The notes under the pieces are model-generated. The model made no database searches. It saw nothing but the letters and a program-made list of their open reading frames with translations, and was not told the DNA's origin. 64,000 nt of DNA from Spirochaetia bacterium (lineage in GTDB: Bacteria; Spirochaetota; Spirochaetia; DSM-2461). The stretch spans positions 1,152,001 through 1,216,000 of the forward strand of contig OY764216.1 in assembly GCA_963668315.1 (NCBI GenBank), given 5' to 3'. Made by a program: the position numbers and the translations under genes. Positions 51,139 through 62,015 of this stretch are shown here, piece after piece (positions within the stretch are counted from its first letter, which is position 1; every line of letters starts with the position of its first letter).

Positions 51139-53232
51139 ATGAAAGAGAAAAAAAGTCGAAAAATCAGTATTATCTTTTCTGTATATCTGATGATAGGATT
51201 GCTCCTGGGATTTACGGTTCTTGCCTTAGTCAGCTCAAGGATTGTGGAGCATCGTATTTTCCTTGATAAGATGGAAGAGATGGGCATTGATGTCCAGGAT
51301 GTCATAAATGACATTGAGAGTACCATCGACCTGGAAAAGACCCGGGTTGAACTCCTGACGGACAGTTATACCTTCCTTCAGGCCTATTCCAGTGGGGATA
51401 TGAACAGGGTAAATGCGTTTTTTGCCGAGCAAGTCAGGAACAACCGGTATGTGGAAAGCATTTTTATCATGAATGGGGAAGGGACTATCGTTGCCAGTAA
51501 TGTCGATGAGGCTCTGGGAAAGAGCTTGAAGGGAGCGCCCGTTGTTTCCGGTATTCTCAATAACAGAGGGAAAGCCTATGTCGATCTTTCTCTGGCCATT
51601 TCTCCTCAGTCCGGGCATATGATGCTGAGTATAGGCAAAACGGTTGATCTCAACGGCTCGGTTGCCGGCCTTCTTGTCAGCAGTATCGATCTGACCAAGT
51701 TCTCCGAGAGTCGTGTTATAAGCAAACGGTACGGCGAAGAGGGATACCCCTTTGTCTTCTCCGAAAAGGGCATAATGATCATGCATCCCGACAAGGATCG
51801 GATCCTCAAGGACTACTCCCATGACGACAACAGCAGCATCAAGGCCACCCTTGCCTCCGGGCTGGACAAGGGCTCGCTGGAGTATGTTTACAACGGGAGG
51901 TCCAAGCTGTCGGTCTATTCCAAAATGGACAGCCTTCCCTGGTATGTATCAACGACCATCTACGAGAAGGATCTCCACAGGACATCGCAGATTCTCATCA
52001 AGTACATACGCATCTTCAGTCTCATTATCTGTGCTCTGCTGGTCTTTTTTATCATCTTTCTGTTCAACCGCCTGGTGATTGGACGAATCCGCAAGCTGGA
52101 AGACGGTCTGTCTATCATCTCTTCCGGGGATCTGCGCATTCAGCTGTCCCCTACCAGGAATGATGAGATCACATCCATCTTCCGGCAGTTCAACGGCATG
52201 GTGGAGAGCTTTGTCGATTTTATGGGAAACGTAAAAAGGGGCGTTATCGTTGTCGGCCGGTCCAGTGAGGAAGTGGATAACAATGTAAAAGAGACCGTCG
52301 CCGCTATTAACGAAATAGACGGCAACATTCAGAGCGTTCAGAAGCAGATAGAGAACCAGAGTGCCAGCACCGAGCAGACTGCGGCTTCCGTGGAGGAGAT
52401 GACCCGCAATATCAGCGCTCTGGGAGTTTCCATCCACGAACAAGCGGCCAGCGTCGTACAGTCTTCCTCTGCCATCGAGCAGATGACGGCCAATATCGGC
52501 TCCATCTCACAAGTTGTGAGAAGCGCCCAGGGACAGGTTTCCCATATGAGCCAGGCCACGGAGAAGGGTAACGAGAAACTGAACCGCGTTCTCGGCCTTA
52601 TGAACGAGATCGTCAAGGAGTCGGATCAGCTGATGTCGGCCAATGAGGTTATCGCCAACATGGCGTCCCAGACAAACCTCCTGTCCATGAATGCCGCGAT
52701 CGAGGCAGCCCATGCGGGTGAAGCAGGAAGGGGATTCGCCGTTGTGGCCGAGGAGATCAGAAAGCTGGCAGAGCTTTCCTCGGAACAGTCTTCCGTCGTC
52801 AACAGCAACCTTTCTACTATCAAGGCTTCCATTGATACGGTTACCCAGGCGTCGAAGGAAACGAGCGAGGAGTTTTCCGGTATCAGAAAAGCCGTGGATC
52901 AGGTGAATACGATCTTCAGCGAAATAGAAAATTCCACCGAGGAGCTGAGCGCGGGAAGCGCGCAGATTCTGGAAGGACTGGGACGGATGAGGGAGATCAC
53001 CAGCGAAGTGCAGGTGGGATCCGACGAGATGACCGAGGGCAACAGACAGATCATAGAGGCGGTGGAGCATCTCAGGGATATTACCCTGGAGATAAATCAT
53101 GCCATTAAGGAGATCGGCCTGGGAATGGGGGAGATCAACTCTTCCATCGGCAAGATTGAGAATATGAGCAAGGATAATGTAAACGCCGTGGATGATATTA
53201 CCGTTGCCGCCAAGGCTTTCACCATAGAGTAG
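51139..53232 (+). CDS. Methyl-accepting chemotaxis protein (Cache sensor, HAMP)
   Basis: Two TM helices; [35 protein letters not shown]. Confidence 0.93.
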   Translation: MKEKKSRKISIIFSVYLMIGLLLGFTVLALVSSRIVEHRIFLDKMEEMGIDVQDVINDIESTIDLEKTRVELLTDSYTFLQAYSSGDMNRVNAFFAEQVRNNRYVESIFIMNGEGTIVASNVDEALGKSLKGAPVVSGILNNRGKAYVDLSLAISPQSGHMMLSIGKTVDLNGSVAGLLVSSIDLTKFSESRVISKRYGEEGYPFVFSEKGIMIMHPDKDRILKDYSHDDNSSIKATLASGLDKGSLEYVYNGRSKLSVYSKMDSLPWYVSTTIYEKDLHRTSQILIKYIRIFSLIICALLVFFIIFLFNRLVIGRIRKLEDGLSIISSGDLRIQLSPTRNDEITSIFRQFNGMVESFVDFMGNVKRGVIVVGRSSEEVDNNVKETVAAINEIDGNIQSVQKQIENQSASTEQTAASVEEMTRNISALGVSIHEQAASVVQSSSAIEQMTANIGSISQVVRSAQGQVSHMSQATEKGNEKLNRVLGLMNEIVKESDQLMSANEVIANMASQTNLLSMNAAIEAAHAGEAGRGFAVVAEEIRKLAELSSEQSSVVNSNLSTIKASIDTVTQASKETSEEFSGIRKAVDQVNTIFSEIENSTEELSAGSAQILEGLGRMREITSEVQVGSDEMTEGNRQIIEAVEHLRDITLEINHAIKEIGLGMGEINSSIGKIENMSKDNVNAVDDITVAAKAFTIE

Positions 53233-53258
53233 ATTCTGTTCCGGATTCCCTATGAGTT

Positions 53259-54290
53259 TTAAGAACCGCAGCTCTCTCTTATCACTAAAGTCGGCTGGAG
53301 TTTTACATCCTTCGTTATGCCGCTTTTCCCGGAATTTATCCTATCCAGCAAATGCCGGCAGGCCAGCTGGGTCATCTGCTCGAGCGGCTGATGTACGGTC
53401 GTGAGACGAGGTTTGAAATAGGTGCTGAGTTCTATATCGTCAAATCCGACCAGGGCGATATCCTGGGGGATGCGGATGGATAATTCCATGAAAGCCTCCC
53501 TGGCACCCAGGGCAACCATGTCGTTCTGGGCGAACAGGGCCGTGGCTTTTCGGAAAATTTCTCTGTGGTTCATCACCCCGTCATAACCGGACTGAAAATA
53601 ACACCCCCCTTCCCGGATTATCAGTGATTCATCAATCTCCCTATCGTAGAAATGGTGGGCCGTCCTGTAGCCTTCCGTCCTCAGTTTATACTCCTGCCCT
53701 TCGTATTCTTCCGTGGTTATGGTGGCTATTTTTCTGTGGCCCCTTTTCAAAAGATGCTCCGTTGCCAGATAGCCACCGCGAAGATGGTCGGTATAGACTT
53801 TGTCCACCCCTTCGAAGTCGGGATCGTCGGGATAATGATGGAGAAAGACATAGGGGATTCGGGAGGATTTCAAAAACAGCTTCGTATCGGAGGAGAGGGT
53901 CGTACAGGCGATAAGCAATCCATCAACTTTCTTCCCGATAATGAGTTTTTTGATATTACTGGCATCGGAAAAGCGGTTGTTGGCAAACGCGACAATCAGG
54001 TCCATATTCTCCTTTTCAAGGCTTTTCTGCAGCTGGCCGTGAAAGGTACTGAAATAGAGGTTGGAGCTGTAATCCATAAAGTCATTGGGATAGATTATGC
54101 CGATGGTGTTGGAGCGGTTGGTGATCAGGCTCCTGGCGCTGGCGTTGAATTCAAAACCCTGTTCTCCGGCGATTTTTAAAATCCTGTCCTTGGTGGATTG
54201 AGAGATCAGGGGACTGTCATTCAGGCTACGGGAAACGGTAGACTGGCTTACCCCGGCCAGCAGGGCCAGGTCTTTTGTCGTTATGGACAA
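53259..54290 (-). CDS. LacI-family regulator
   Basis: TTKDLA..AGVSQSTVSRSLN HTH; GFDD and LTTVHQP; TTG start. Confidence 0.92.
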   Translation of the reverse strand: MSITTKDLALLAGVSQSTVSRSLNDSPLISQSTKDRILKIAGEQGFEFNASARSLITNRSNTIGIIYPNDFMDYSSNLYFSTFHGQLQKSLEKENMDLIVAFANNRFSDASNIKKLIIGKKVDGLLIACTTLSSDTKLFLKSSRIPYVFLHHYPDDPDFEGVDKVYTDHLRGGYLATEHLLKRGHRKIATITTEEYEGQEYKLRTEGYRTAHHFYDREIDESLIIREGGCYFQSGYDGVMNHREIFRKATALFAQNDMVALGAREAFMELSIRIPQDIALVGFDDIELSTYFKPRLTTVHQPLEQMTQLACRHLLDRINSGKSGITKDVKLQPTLVIRESCGS

Positions 54291-54360
54291 TTTGAAGGAC
54301 TCCGGTTCTTTTTGTATTTACGATAGCATCTTTATTCATAATAATCCATCATATAAAGAA

Positions 54361-54523
54361 ATGCAACCGTATGCATAGTCTCGTATTTGCGACGGGATAG
54401 TCAAAATATCCCGGAATATTTCAGATGATTGCTTTCTTTGGATGAAATAACAGCTGGAAAAAGCTTTACAGTTTAAAAAAAACGGCTTATGATGCAAAAA
54501 GTGCAATGCAAGCGTATGCATTG
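54361..54523. promoter_or_regulatory. Two LacI-type operators and the promoter of the second inositol operon
   Basis: ATGCAACCGTATGCAT (54361-54376) and CAATGCAAGCGTATGCATTG (54504-54523); TTTACA(54465)-17-TATGAT(54488). Confidence 0.72.
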
Positions 54524-54552
54524 AGAAAGTTTACGATTGTAAGGAGTCCGGG

Positions 54553-55380
54553 ATGAGGGAGGAAAGAGTAAAGTTCGCCTTGAATCATATGGTTTGTCCC
54601 CGTTTTTCATTCAAAGAGTTCTGTCATGTCGCCGTTGCCCTGGGATTAGAGGCTGTCGAATATCGTAATGATGTGGGATTTCACAGCATTGATAGTCATG
54701 AAAAGGCAAGGGAAGCGGGCACAGCCGCAAAAGATGCCGGTCTTAAGGTTCTGACGATAAATGCCCTCTCTCGTTTTAACCTCTGGGACGAAATCCGGGC
54801 GGAAGAGGCGGAAAAACTTGCCCTCCTGGCCAAAGAAGCCGGGGCTCATGCTCTGGTTCTGTGTCCCCATGTCGATGTGGAGGATGAGTCAGAGTCGAGT
54901 GAGGACGAGAGAGCTGCCGGTCTGGAGAGGGCCCTGTCCGGTCTGTCCCCCATCCTTGGGGCCCACGGGCTGAAGGGCTTCATTGAAGTGCTCGGCTTTC
55001 CTGTCTCAACCTTACGTTTTAAAAAAGATGCGGCGGCGGCAATAAGGAATGGGGGATATGAGGGCCGATTTTCTCTGCTCCATGACACCTTCCATCATAA
55101 AGGTTCGGGAGAGAAGGAATTTTATCCCGATTTGACGGGGTTGGTTCATATCTCTGGAGTGGAAGAACCGGCAGTTGGGTTTGAAGAGATGCAGGACTCC
55201 CACAGAATCCTTATCGGACCAAAGGACAGGCTGGATAACATCGGACAGATGAGGGAGTTATGCGAAAAGGGATATCAGGGATATTTCTCCTTTGAGCCCT
55301 TTTCCGAACCTGTCTGGAAATTGAAAGATCACGCCGAGGCTGTCAGGGAGAGTATACAGTATATTCTCGGGCGGCTTTAA
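54553..55380 (+). CDS. TIM-barrel sugar isomerase, IolI-like inosose isomerase candidate
   Basis: FALNHM, VE.RND, INAL..FN, E.LGF..S.LR, HDTFHH, VHISGV and SFEPF. Confidence 0.72.
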   Translation: MREERVKFALNHMVCPRFSFKEFCHVAVALGLEAVEYRNDVGFHSIDSHEKAREAGTAAKDAGLKVLTINALSRFNLWDEIRAEEAEKLALLAKEAGAHALVLCPHVDVEDESESSEDERAAGLERALSGLSPILGAHGLKGFIEVLGFPVSTLRFKKDAAAAIRNGGYEGRFSLLHDTFHHKGSGEKEFYPDLTGLVHISGVEEPAVGFEEMQDSHRILIGPKDRLDNIGQMRELCEKGYQGYFSFEPFSEPVWKLKDHAEAVRESIQYILGRL

Positions 55381-55404
55381 TCCCAAAAAAGAGGAGAAGG
55401 ACTA

Positions 55405-56418
55405 ATGGAAAAGGAATTGAGAGTCGGACTTATCGGCACTGGTGCCATAGGGAAAACCCATATAGAGAGAATCAACAATAAATTGCAGGGCGCCAGGGTT
55501 GTCGCCGCAGCCGATGTCCATGGGGAGTACGGAAAGAAGGTCGCCGCCGATTACGGGCTTATGCCTTTTGACTCTCCCGAGGAACTGATCAATTCGGCCG
55601 ATGTGGATGCGGTCGTCGTCTGCACGGCCGATGAGCATCATGAACGGCTGGCTGTCGCTGCTATTAAAGCGGGAAAGTATGTTTTCTGTGAAAAGCCCCT
55701 GGCCCCTACCGCCGCCGGAGCGAAGAATGTGGTTGATGCGGAGATCGCCGGGGGAAAACAGCTTGTTCAGGTCGGATTCATGAGGCGCTATGATCCCGGT
55801 TACGTCCAGCTGAAAGAGATCATCGACAGCGGTCAGATCGGCGATCCCCTTATGCTGCACTGCGCCCACAGAAATCCCGATATCCCCGAGTCGATTAGCT
55901 GGGATGATTCCATGGCGGTGGAAAACTCCATGATTCACGAAATCGATGTGCTCCGCTGGCTACTCGGAGAGGATTATGAGACGGCGGAAGTCGTATTTCC
56001 CAGAAAAACGAAGAACGCCGGGGAATATCACGATCCCCAGATTATGATACTGACGACAAAATCGGGAGTACGCATTGATGTGGAATCCTTCGTAAACTGC
56101 CGTTATGCCTACGATATCCAGTGCGAAGTCGTCTGCGAGGAGGGCGTCGTTCGCTTACCCGAACCCAATAATGCCTCCATCCGCACCAACGCTTCCGTTG
56201 TGAACCCCATCTGCAAAAGCTGGTCCGAGCGGTTTGTCGACGCTTACAACCTGGAATTCCAGGCATGGATTAATGCCTGTAAAGAAGGGATCGTGGACGG
56301 GCCGACGGCCTGGGACGGGTATGTCGCCGCCATAACGGCCACTGCCGCTTCCAGAGCCCGTGTCGCTCAGAAAAAGGTTACGATTGATATGGAACAGAAG
56401 CCGGGATTTTACAAGTAG
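55405..56418 (+). CDS. iolG: myo-Inositol 2-dehydrogenase (B. subtilis IolG type)
   Basis: GTGAIG..H, FCEKPLA, VQVGFMRRYD.GY, HRNP, IHEID, Y.YDIQCEVV and GPTAWDGY. Confidence 0.85.
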   Translation: MEKELRVGLIGTGAIGKTHIERINNKLQGARVVAAADVHGEYGKKVAADYGLMPFDSPEELINSADVDAVVVCTADEHHERLAVAAIKAGKYVFCEKPLAPTAAGAKNVVDAEIAGGKQLVQVGFMRRYDPGYVQLKEIIDSGQIGDPLMLHCAHRNPDIPESISWDDSMAVENSMIHEIDVLRWLLGEDYETAEVVFPRKTKNAGEYHDPQIMILTTKSGVRIDVESFVNCRYAYDIQCEVVCEEGVVRLPEPNNASIRTNASVVNPICKSWSERFVDAYNLEFQAWINACKEGIVDGPTAWDGYVAAITATAASRARVAQKKVTIDMEQKPGFYK

Positions 56419-56430
56419 GAGTATCAGGTA

Positions 56431-57372
56431 ATGGTATTGGCAACATGCACAGATGTTTTCGGCGATCTCTCCTATCCGGCTATGCTGGATAAGGTGAAAT
56501 CTTACGGCATAGATTATGTGGAAATGACTGCCGGGGGGTGGTCTCCCTGTCCCCATGTGAAAACGGCGGAGCTTCTGAATGATGAAGATAAGCTCAAGGC
56601 CTTCAAGGCGGAACTGGAAAAGAGGGATATGAAAATCGCCGCGCTGAATTGCTCGGGAAATCCCCTTATCGATACGGATATGGGAAAACATCACGCCGAG
56701 ACGGCCCGACAGACGATAGCACTGGCCGAGAAACTGGGCGTGGAAAAAATTGTGATGATGTCCGGTCTTCCCGGCGGCGCTCCGGGGGATATAACGCCCA
56801 ACTGGATTACCACGACCGTTTCCTGGCCGGATTATATGGCGGAAACCGTCCGATACCAGTGGGAAGACGTGGCTATCCCCTGGTGGAAGGAGTTCGTAAA
56901 GTATGCCGATGACCACGGGGTAAGGCAGATCGCCCTGGAGGAGTTTCCCCTGCAGCTTGTCTATAACACGGAGACCCTTATGAGGCTAAGAGACGCGGTC
57001 GGTCCTAAAATCGGCATGAATCTGGATCCCTCCCACCTTATAGCCATGGGAGCCGATCCTATCGCCGCCGCCCGGGCGACGGGAGACGCCATCTACCATA
57101 TTCACGGCAAGGACGCCCGTATCGAAAGGGGCCTGTGCGATGTAAACGGGCTTATGGAGACCAAACCGGTAACCGATAGGGCCAGCAGAACCTGGAACTA
57201 CGTGGCCGTGGGATGCGGGCAGGGGCTTCAGTGGTGGAAAGAGTTTTTCTCCGTGGTAAGGATGTGCGGATACAACGGGGTTGTCTCCCTGGAGATGGAG
57301 GATCTTACCATGAGCGTGGAAGCGGGCATGCGGACTTCCGTGGACGCCCTCCGGCAGACAATCAGTTTATAA
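56431..57372 (+). CDS. Sugar phosphate isomerase/epimerase (xylose isomerase-like TIM barrel)
   Basis: ALNCSGNPL, IALE, NLDPSH, HIHGKD and SLEMED. Confidence 0.8.
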   Translation: MVLATCTDVFGDLSYPAMLDKVKSYGIDYVEMTAGGWSPCPHVKTAELLNDEDKLKAFKAELEKRDMKIAALNCSGNPLIDTDMGKHHAETARQTIALAEKLGVEKIVMMSGLPGGAPGDITPNWITTTVSWPDYMAETVRYQWEDVAIPWWKEFVKYADDHGVRQIALEEFPLQLVYNTETLMRLRDAVGPKIGMNLDPSHLIAMGADPIAAARATGDAIYHIHGKDARIERGLCDVNGLMETKPVTDRASRTWNYVAVGCGQGLQWWKEFFSVVRMCGYNGVVSLEMEDLTMSVEAGMRTSVDALRQTISL

Positions 57373-57427
57373 TTGACGCCCTTCCCGGAATATTAACCGG
57401 AGAAGGATATATCTTGGGAGGTATAAT

Positions 57428-58324
57428 ATGAAGATAGCCTTTGATGTGGATGTTCTCGCCAGAGCCATGAATATTAACGATATGGTCCATCAGGTGGCCG
57501 ACTGGGGATACAAATACATCGAACAATCTCCCCATCCGCGGATTAATCCCTTTTACAAGCATCCTCTCTTTTCCCGGGAGACGGAGGCGGAATACAGGAA
57601 AGCCCTGAAGGATACCGGAGTGGAACTCTCCTCCTTTATTGTGGTTTACCGGTGGTCGGGGCCTACGGAACTTCAGAGGGAACATGCCGTGGCCAACTGG
57701 AAGAGAATCCTGGAGATAGCCGATTCCATGGGCGTGCGGGTCATTAATACGGAGCTGTCCGGCGATCCCCATCAGCAGGAGATCTGCAACGGTATGTGGT
57801 TCCGTTCCATGGAGGAGCTCCTCCCCCTGTTTGAGAAGTACGATATCCGGGTGGAGATTCAGTCCCATCCTTACGATTTCTGCGAACTGAACAACGAGAC
57901 CTGCGATATGGTCAAATCTTTCCGGTCCGACTATGTGAAATATGTCTATTCCGCTTCCCATGGATTTTTCTATGACGAAGGGTTAGGGGATGTGAAGAGT
58001 ATGCTCAAATATGCCGGGGACGATCTCTCCCACGTGCTTATTGCGGACACCTACAATCAAACACCCAAAGCCGGTGCCGGATTGAGGTATATCCTGAATC
58101 CTCCCGGAGTGGATGCCACTATTCATCAGCATACGCCCATGGGATTCGGGGACGTGGATTTCGAGGGGATTTTTGAAACCCTGCGCGACATGGATTTCGC
58201 CAACAGACAGTTCAAGGCTGGAGGGGATGCCATTGTCTGCGTTTCCTATTTCGGGTATCCCGAACTAATGGCCAAGGAGGCTCCGGCCGCCAGGGAGCGG
58301 ATCGAGAGGGAGTTGCTGGGGTAG
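57428..58324 (+). CDS. iolH: IolH-like TIM-barrel isomerase/epimerase
   Basis: YIEQSPHP..NPFYKHP, NTELSG, HP.DF.E, RYI.NPPG and HQH...G.GDVD. Confidence 0.7.
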   Translation: MKIAFDVDVLARAMNINDMVHQVADWGYKYIEQSPHPRINPFYKHPLFSRETEAEYRKALKDTGVELSSFIVVYRWSGPTELQREHAVANWKRILEIADSMGVRVINTELSGDPHQQEICNGMWFRSMEELLPLFEKYDIRVEIQSHPYDFCELNNETCDMVKSFRSDYVKYVYSASHGFFYDEGLGDVKSMLKYAGDDLSHVLIADTYNQTPKAGAGLRYILNPPGVDATIHQHTPMGFGDVDFEGIFETLRDMDFANRQFKAGGDAIVCVSYFGYPELMAKEAPAARERIERELLG

Positions 58325-58343
58325 GTTTATTTTCGTTATTTTC

Positions 58344-58469
58344 AACCACGAATTGCGCGAGGAACATGAATTTTGCGACCGTTCTGCATTCTGAATGTAA
58401 GCTGCGGTACCTTTTTTATAAACTCCAATGATTAAAAAAACTTTTGTGAAAATCGTGTGGTTCGTGGTT
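58344..58469. repeat. Inverted repeat built from degenerate 9-mers between convergent genes
   Basis: AACCACGAA-TTGCGCGAG-GAACATGAA ... TTTGTGAAA-ATCGTGTGG-TTCGTGGTT. Confidence 0.6.
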
Positions 58470-58471
58470 TT

Positions 58472-59446
58472 TTATTTGCCCAGACACTTCTCGGATACTT
58501 CCCTGGAAACCCTCTCTGAGTAGTCATCCCGGCTCCATCGCCCCGGTGTCCATCCCTTGAGAAAGCGGTGAAAGTCGGCCCAGGCATAGGGGAACAGTTC
58601 CCGCCAGTTCTCTTCGACACGGTCGGGATCCTGTTTTTTTCCGTAGAGCCGCAGGGCGGAACGGAAATGGGCGAAGTAGGTATCCAGCAGGGCGGGCACG
58701 TTCTCCTCGCAGCGGTCGTAAAAGAAGCAATCTCCCGCCAGATAGGCCAGATCCTTCATGCCGCATCCGCCTCCGGCGTATTGAAAATCCACCGCCGCCA
58801 CGGCGGTCCTGTCCGGTCGGAAGCAGAAATTAGCCAGTTTGGCGTCACCGTGAACGATGGTCGGGTAAGGCGTCTCTTTGAGCTTGAGGTCGATAAGGGG
58901 AGCCGCGGCCCTCAGTTTTTCGTCATTCAGTAATGCCAGCTCTTCCGGGCGGGTCTCCAGATGCCAGTAGGTGCCCGTTTTCCAGAGCCCCTCCGGCTTC
59001 TCGCCGAGAAACAGGGCGTGAAAGTGGGCCAGCCAGCCAAGGCTGAGTTCCGTTTCCGCCGGTCCGGCGTTGCGTACCCTGCCGGGATAACCGGAAGCAT
59101 CCATATCTTCCAGAACCATAACCATCTCGTCATCGCTGCCTTCGCCGCCGAAACAGCGGGGCACGGGGCACTCGGGGCGGCACAATCCGGCCCAGCTCCG
59201 GTACCAGGCGGTCTCCACGTGATAGGACCGCCGCTTCCTTTGGTCGGAGAGCGCCTCATGCGCTTCTGTACGGGGGTACTTCACATGTTTGACCACGACG
59301 CTATTTTCTCCGCATCCGGTCAGGTCGTAGCGCATTATATGGCCGTATCCGCTCCAGAGGGTCTGGATGGTCTCTCTTTTCCGGGCTTTCGAGGCGCCGG
59401 TGGAGCGGCAGATCAGAGTTTCGATATTAAGGGGAGCTCTCTTCAT
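58472..59446 (-). CDS. APH/choline kinase-like phosphotransferase (EcKL/DUF1679-like)
   Basis: LWSGYG, VVVK, HGDAKLANF and DFQY.G.G.G..DLAY. Confidence 0.82.
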   Translation of the reverse strand: MKRAPLNIETLICRSTGASKARKRETIQTLWSGYGHIMRYDLTGCGENSVVVKHVKYPRTEAHEALSDQRKRRSYHVETAWYRSWAGLCRPECPVPRCFGGEGSDDEMVMVLEDMDASGYPGRVRNAGPAETELSLGWLAHFHALFLGEKPEGLWKTGTYWHLETRPEELALLNDEKLRAAAPLIDLKLKETPYPTIVHGDAKLANFCFRPDRTAVAAVDFQYAGGGCGMKDLAYLAGDCFFYDRCEENVPALLDTYFAHFRSALRLYGKKQDPDRVEENWRELFPYAWADFHRFLKGWTPGRWSRDDYSERVSREVSEKCLGK

Positions 59447-60313
59447 CTAGAAGGGATACCAGAACATGCCGTCCAGGCTGAACCTGAGGCAGAGGTAAAG
59501 AACAAGGAAAAGGGCCATGAAAACAAAGGTCAGGTAGTCTCCCGCCGTCAGGGGCTTGAGATTGTACCAGGTTCGCCCCTTCATCCGGCCGAATCCCCGA
59601 AGCTCCATGGCGTTGGATATGGTATCGGTCTTGTCCAGGCTGCTGAGTATGAGAGGAATTAGGATAGTGGTGACATTTTTAAAGCGCCGGGCGAAGGAGA
59701 CGTTCTTGGAGAGGTCCACCCCGCGGGCCTGCTGGGAGTGCATGATATTCACGAAATCCTTGGTAACCTCAGGGAGATAGCGCAGGGCCAGGCTGACCGA
59801 ATAGGATATCTTGTAGGGGACTCCCAGCCGGGAAAGACTGGCGGCGAACTCCGTGGGATGGGTGGTCAGAATAAATACCAGGGCCATGGGGAAAATCGTC
59901 AGGTATTTGGAGGCCACCGTCAGGAGGTACCAGAGGGTTTCGCGGGTTACCGTGTATCGCTCGGTAATCACAAAAATAACGGTCCGGCCTCCGATATACA
60001 CCTCGCCCTGGTTGGGGGAGAAGACGAATATCCACAGGGCGTTGAAGACCACCACGAAGAGCATGAAAAACGCAAAGGGCCGGTATACCCGGAAAGGAAC
60101 GCGCGTCACGATGAGTAGAACTATGCCCATAATCAGCATGGAGCCGATAATGCGGTAGTCGAAGGTCAGGAGGGCCAGGGTTATCCAGTAAATGAAGAGG
60201 AGGAATTTGGTAACCCCGCTCAGGCGGTGAAGAGGAGATCCGGTTTCCACATAATTGAGTCCGGTGCGGATTTTACTCGCGTCCAAGGGCGGCCTCCCTC
60301 TGTTTTCTGTCAT
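59447..60313 (-). CDS. ecfT: ECF transporter T component
   Basis: TM helices; ALRY.P, QQARG and MELRGF. Confidence 0.9.
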   Translation of the reverse strand: MTENRGRPPLDASKIRTGLNYVETGSPLHRLSGVTKFLLFIYWITLALLTFDYRIIGSMLIMGIVLLIVTRVPFRVYRPFAFFMLFVVVFNALWIFVFSPNQGEVYIGGRTVIFVITERYTVTRETLWYLLTVASKYLTIFPMALVFILTTHPTEFAASLSRLGVPYKISYSVSLALRYLPEVTKDFVNIMHSQQARGVDLSKNVSFARRFKNVTTILIPLILSSLDKTDTISNAMELRGFGRMKGRTWYNLKPLTAGDYLTFVFMALFLVLYLCLRFSLDGMFWYPF

Positions 60314-62006
60314 GGGCGATAAAGCGGTTGATGAAGTCCTCCGGATTCTGTCCTTCCAGTCGGCCGGCCAGTTCGAAGAGGCTGGTCTCCTTCAGATTGG
60401 CCCGTTTGATGACGTCCCGGTCTGAGAAAACATGGGCGATGGAGCTGTCGCAGATCAGTTCGCCTTCGGAAAGGACTACCGCCCGGTCGGTATACTCCAG
60501 GGCCAGGTGCATGTCGTGGGTCACCATCATGATGGTGATATTCCTTTCCCGGTTCAGTTTCTCCAGAAACCCCATGATCTCCGTATAGTGGCGGAAGTCC
60601 TGTCCCGCCGTGGGCTCGTCCAGAATGAGGAGTTCCGGCTCCATGACCAGGATGGAGGCGATGGTCACCCGCTTTCTCTGGCCGTAGCTCAATGCCCGGA
60701 TGGGCCAGTTACGGAAGGGATAGAGGCCGCAGAGTTTCAGTACATCGTCTACCCGGCGGTCGATCTCTTTCTCTTCTACGCCCCGCAGCACGAGGCCGAA
60801 GGCCACTTCCTCCCGGATGAGCGAGTGGGATATCATGTGGTTCGGATTCTGCATGACGAAACCGATGGAGAGGCTGCGCTGATTGACCGGCTGGTCCAGC
60901 AGATTCTCCCCTTTGAAAACAAGCCCGCCCTTGTCGGGAGAAATCACGCCCATAATCAGCTTGGACAGGGTGGATTTTCCCGCCCCGTTTTTCCCCAGCA
61001 CCGAAAGCATCTCTCCCCGGGCAACAGAAAAGCTAATATCCTTCAATACGGACTGACTGCCGTCGTAGCTGTAGGATAAACCGTTTATCTCCAGAAGGGG
61101 ATCTCCTTTTTTCCGCGGAACCGGAACGGATTTTTCATCCATCCAGGAGGCGAGGGCGGGAGCCAGATCTTCCAGGTTAATCTCTTCCAGGGAGGAGGGA
61201 CGGCGAATCGATTCGGCCGGGCAGCCGGCGTATTTCAGAGCCGTGAGGTAGAGGGGTTCGCGGATGCCTTTTTCAATCAGGAGGGAACCGGAGAGCAGTT
61301 CGTCCGAAGGGGAGTCGGACACGATGCGGCCCTTCTCCATCAGGATGATCCGGTCCACGGGACGGTGCAGGACATCTTCCAGGCGGTGTTCGATAATGAT
61401 GACCGTTTTACCCGTTTTCTTCTGGATCTCGTCGATCAGCTCGATGGCGAGCCTTCCGGTCTGGGGATCCAGATTGGCCAGGGGCTCGTCGAAGAGGAGG
61501 CACTCCACATCATCCACCATGACGCCCGCCAGGGACACACGCTGTTTCTGTCCTCCCGAAAGTTCGAAGGGCGCCTGGGAAAGGAACGCTTCCATATCCA
61601 CCATCTCGGCGGTTCTGTTCACGGTCTCTTTCATCTCGGGCAGGGACACGCAGCTGTTCTCCAGGGCGAAGGCGATATCTTCGGCAACGCTCAGGCCCAC
61701 GAACTGGCAGTCCGTATCCTGGAGTACCGTTCCCACAATCTGGCTGATGGGAAACAGTCCGGTATGCCTCGTTTCCTTGCCCTTTATCTGAGCCGAACCG
61801 GTCATTTTCCCCTTGAAGGAGAAGGGTATCAGACCGTTCAGACAGCTGCCCAGGGTGCTTTTCCCGCTGCCGCTGGGCCCTACTATCAGGATTTTTTCGC
61901 CCCGGTGAACCGTCAGGTTGATTTCGTGGAGAGTCGGAGCGTTCTGAGACCGGTATTGAAAGGAAAAATCCTTAAACCCTATGAGAGGTTCGGCTGTCTT
62001 AATCAA
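60273..62006 (-). CDS. ECF transporter tandem ATPase
   Basis: Two NBDs (GPSGSGKST/LSGGQKQR and GKNGAGKST/LSYGQRKR); TTG start. Confidence 0.9.
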   Translation of the reverse strand: MIKTAEPLIGFKDFSFQYRSQNAPTLHEINLTVHRGEKILIVGPSGSGKSTLGSCLNGLIPFSFKGKMTGSAQIKGKETRHTGLFPISQIVGTVLQDTDCQFVGLSVAEDIAFALENSCVSLPEMKETVNRTAEMVDMEAFLSQAPFELSGGQKQRVSLAGVMVDDVECLLFDEPLANLDPQTGRLAIELIDEIQKKTGKTVIIIEHRLEDVLHRPVDRIILMEKGRIVSDSPSDELLSGSLLIEKGIREPLYLTALKYAGCPAESIRRPSSLEEINLEDLAPALASWMDEKSVPVPRKKGDPLLEINGLSYSYDGSQSVLKDISFSVARGEMLSVLGKNGAGKSTLSKLIMGVISPDKGGLVFKGENLLDQPVNQRSLSIGFVMQNPNHMISHSLIREEVAFGLVLRGVEEKEIDRRVDDVLKLCGLYPFRNWPIRALSYGQRKRVTIASILVMEPELLILDEPTAGQDFRHYTEIMGFLEKLNRERNITIMMVTHDMHLALEYTDRAVVLSEGELICDSSIAHVFSDRDVIKRANLKETSLFELAGRLEGQNPEDFINRFIAHDRKQREAALGRE

Positions 62007-62015
62007 AGGGTAACC

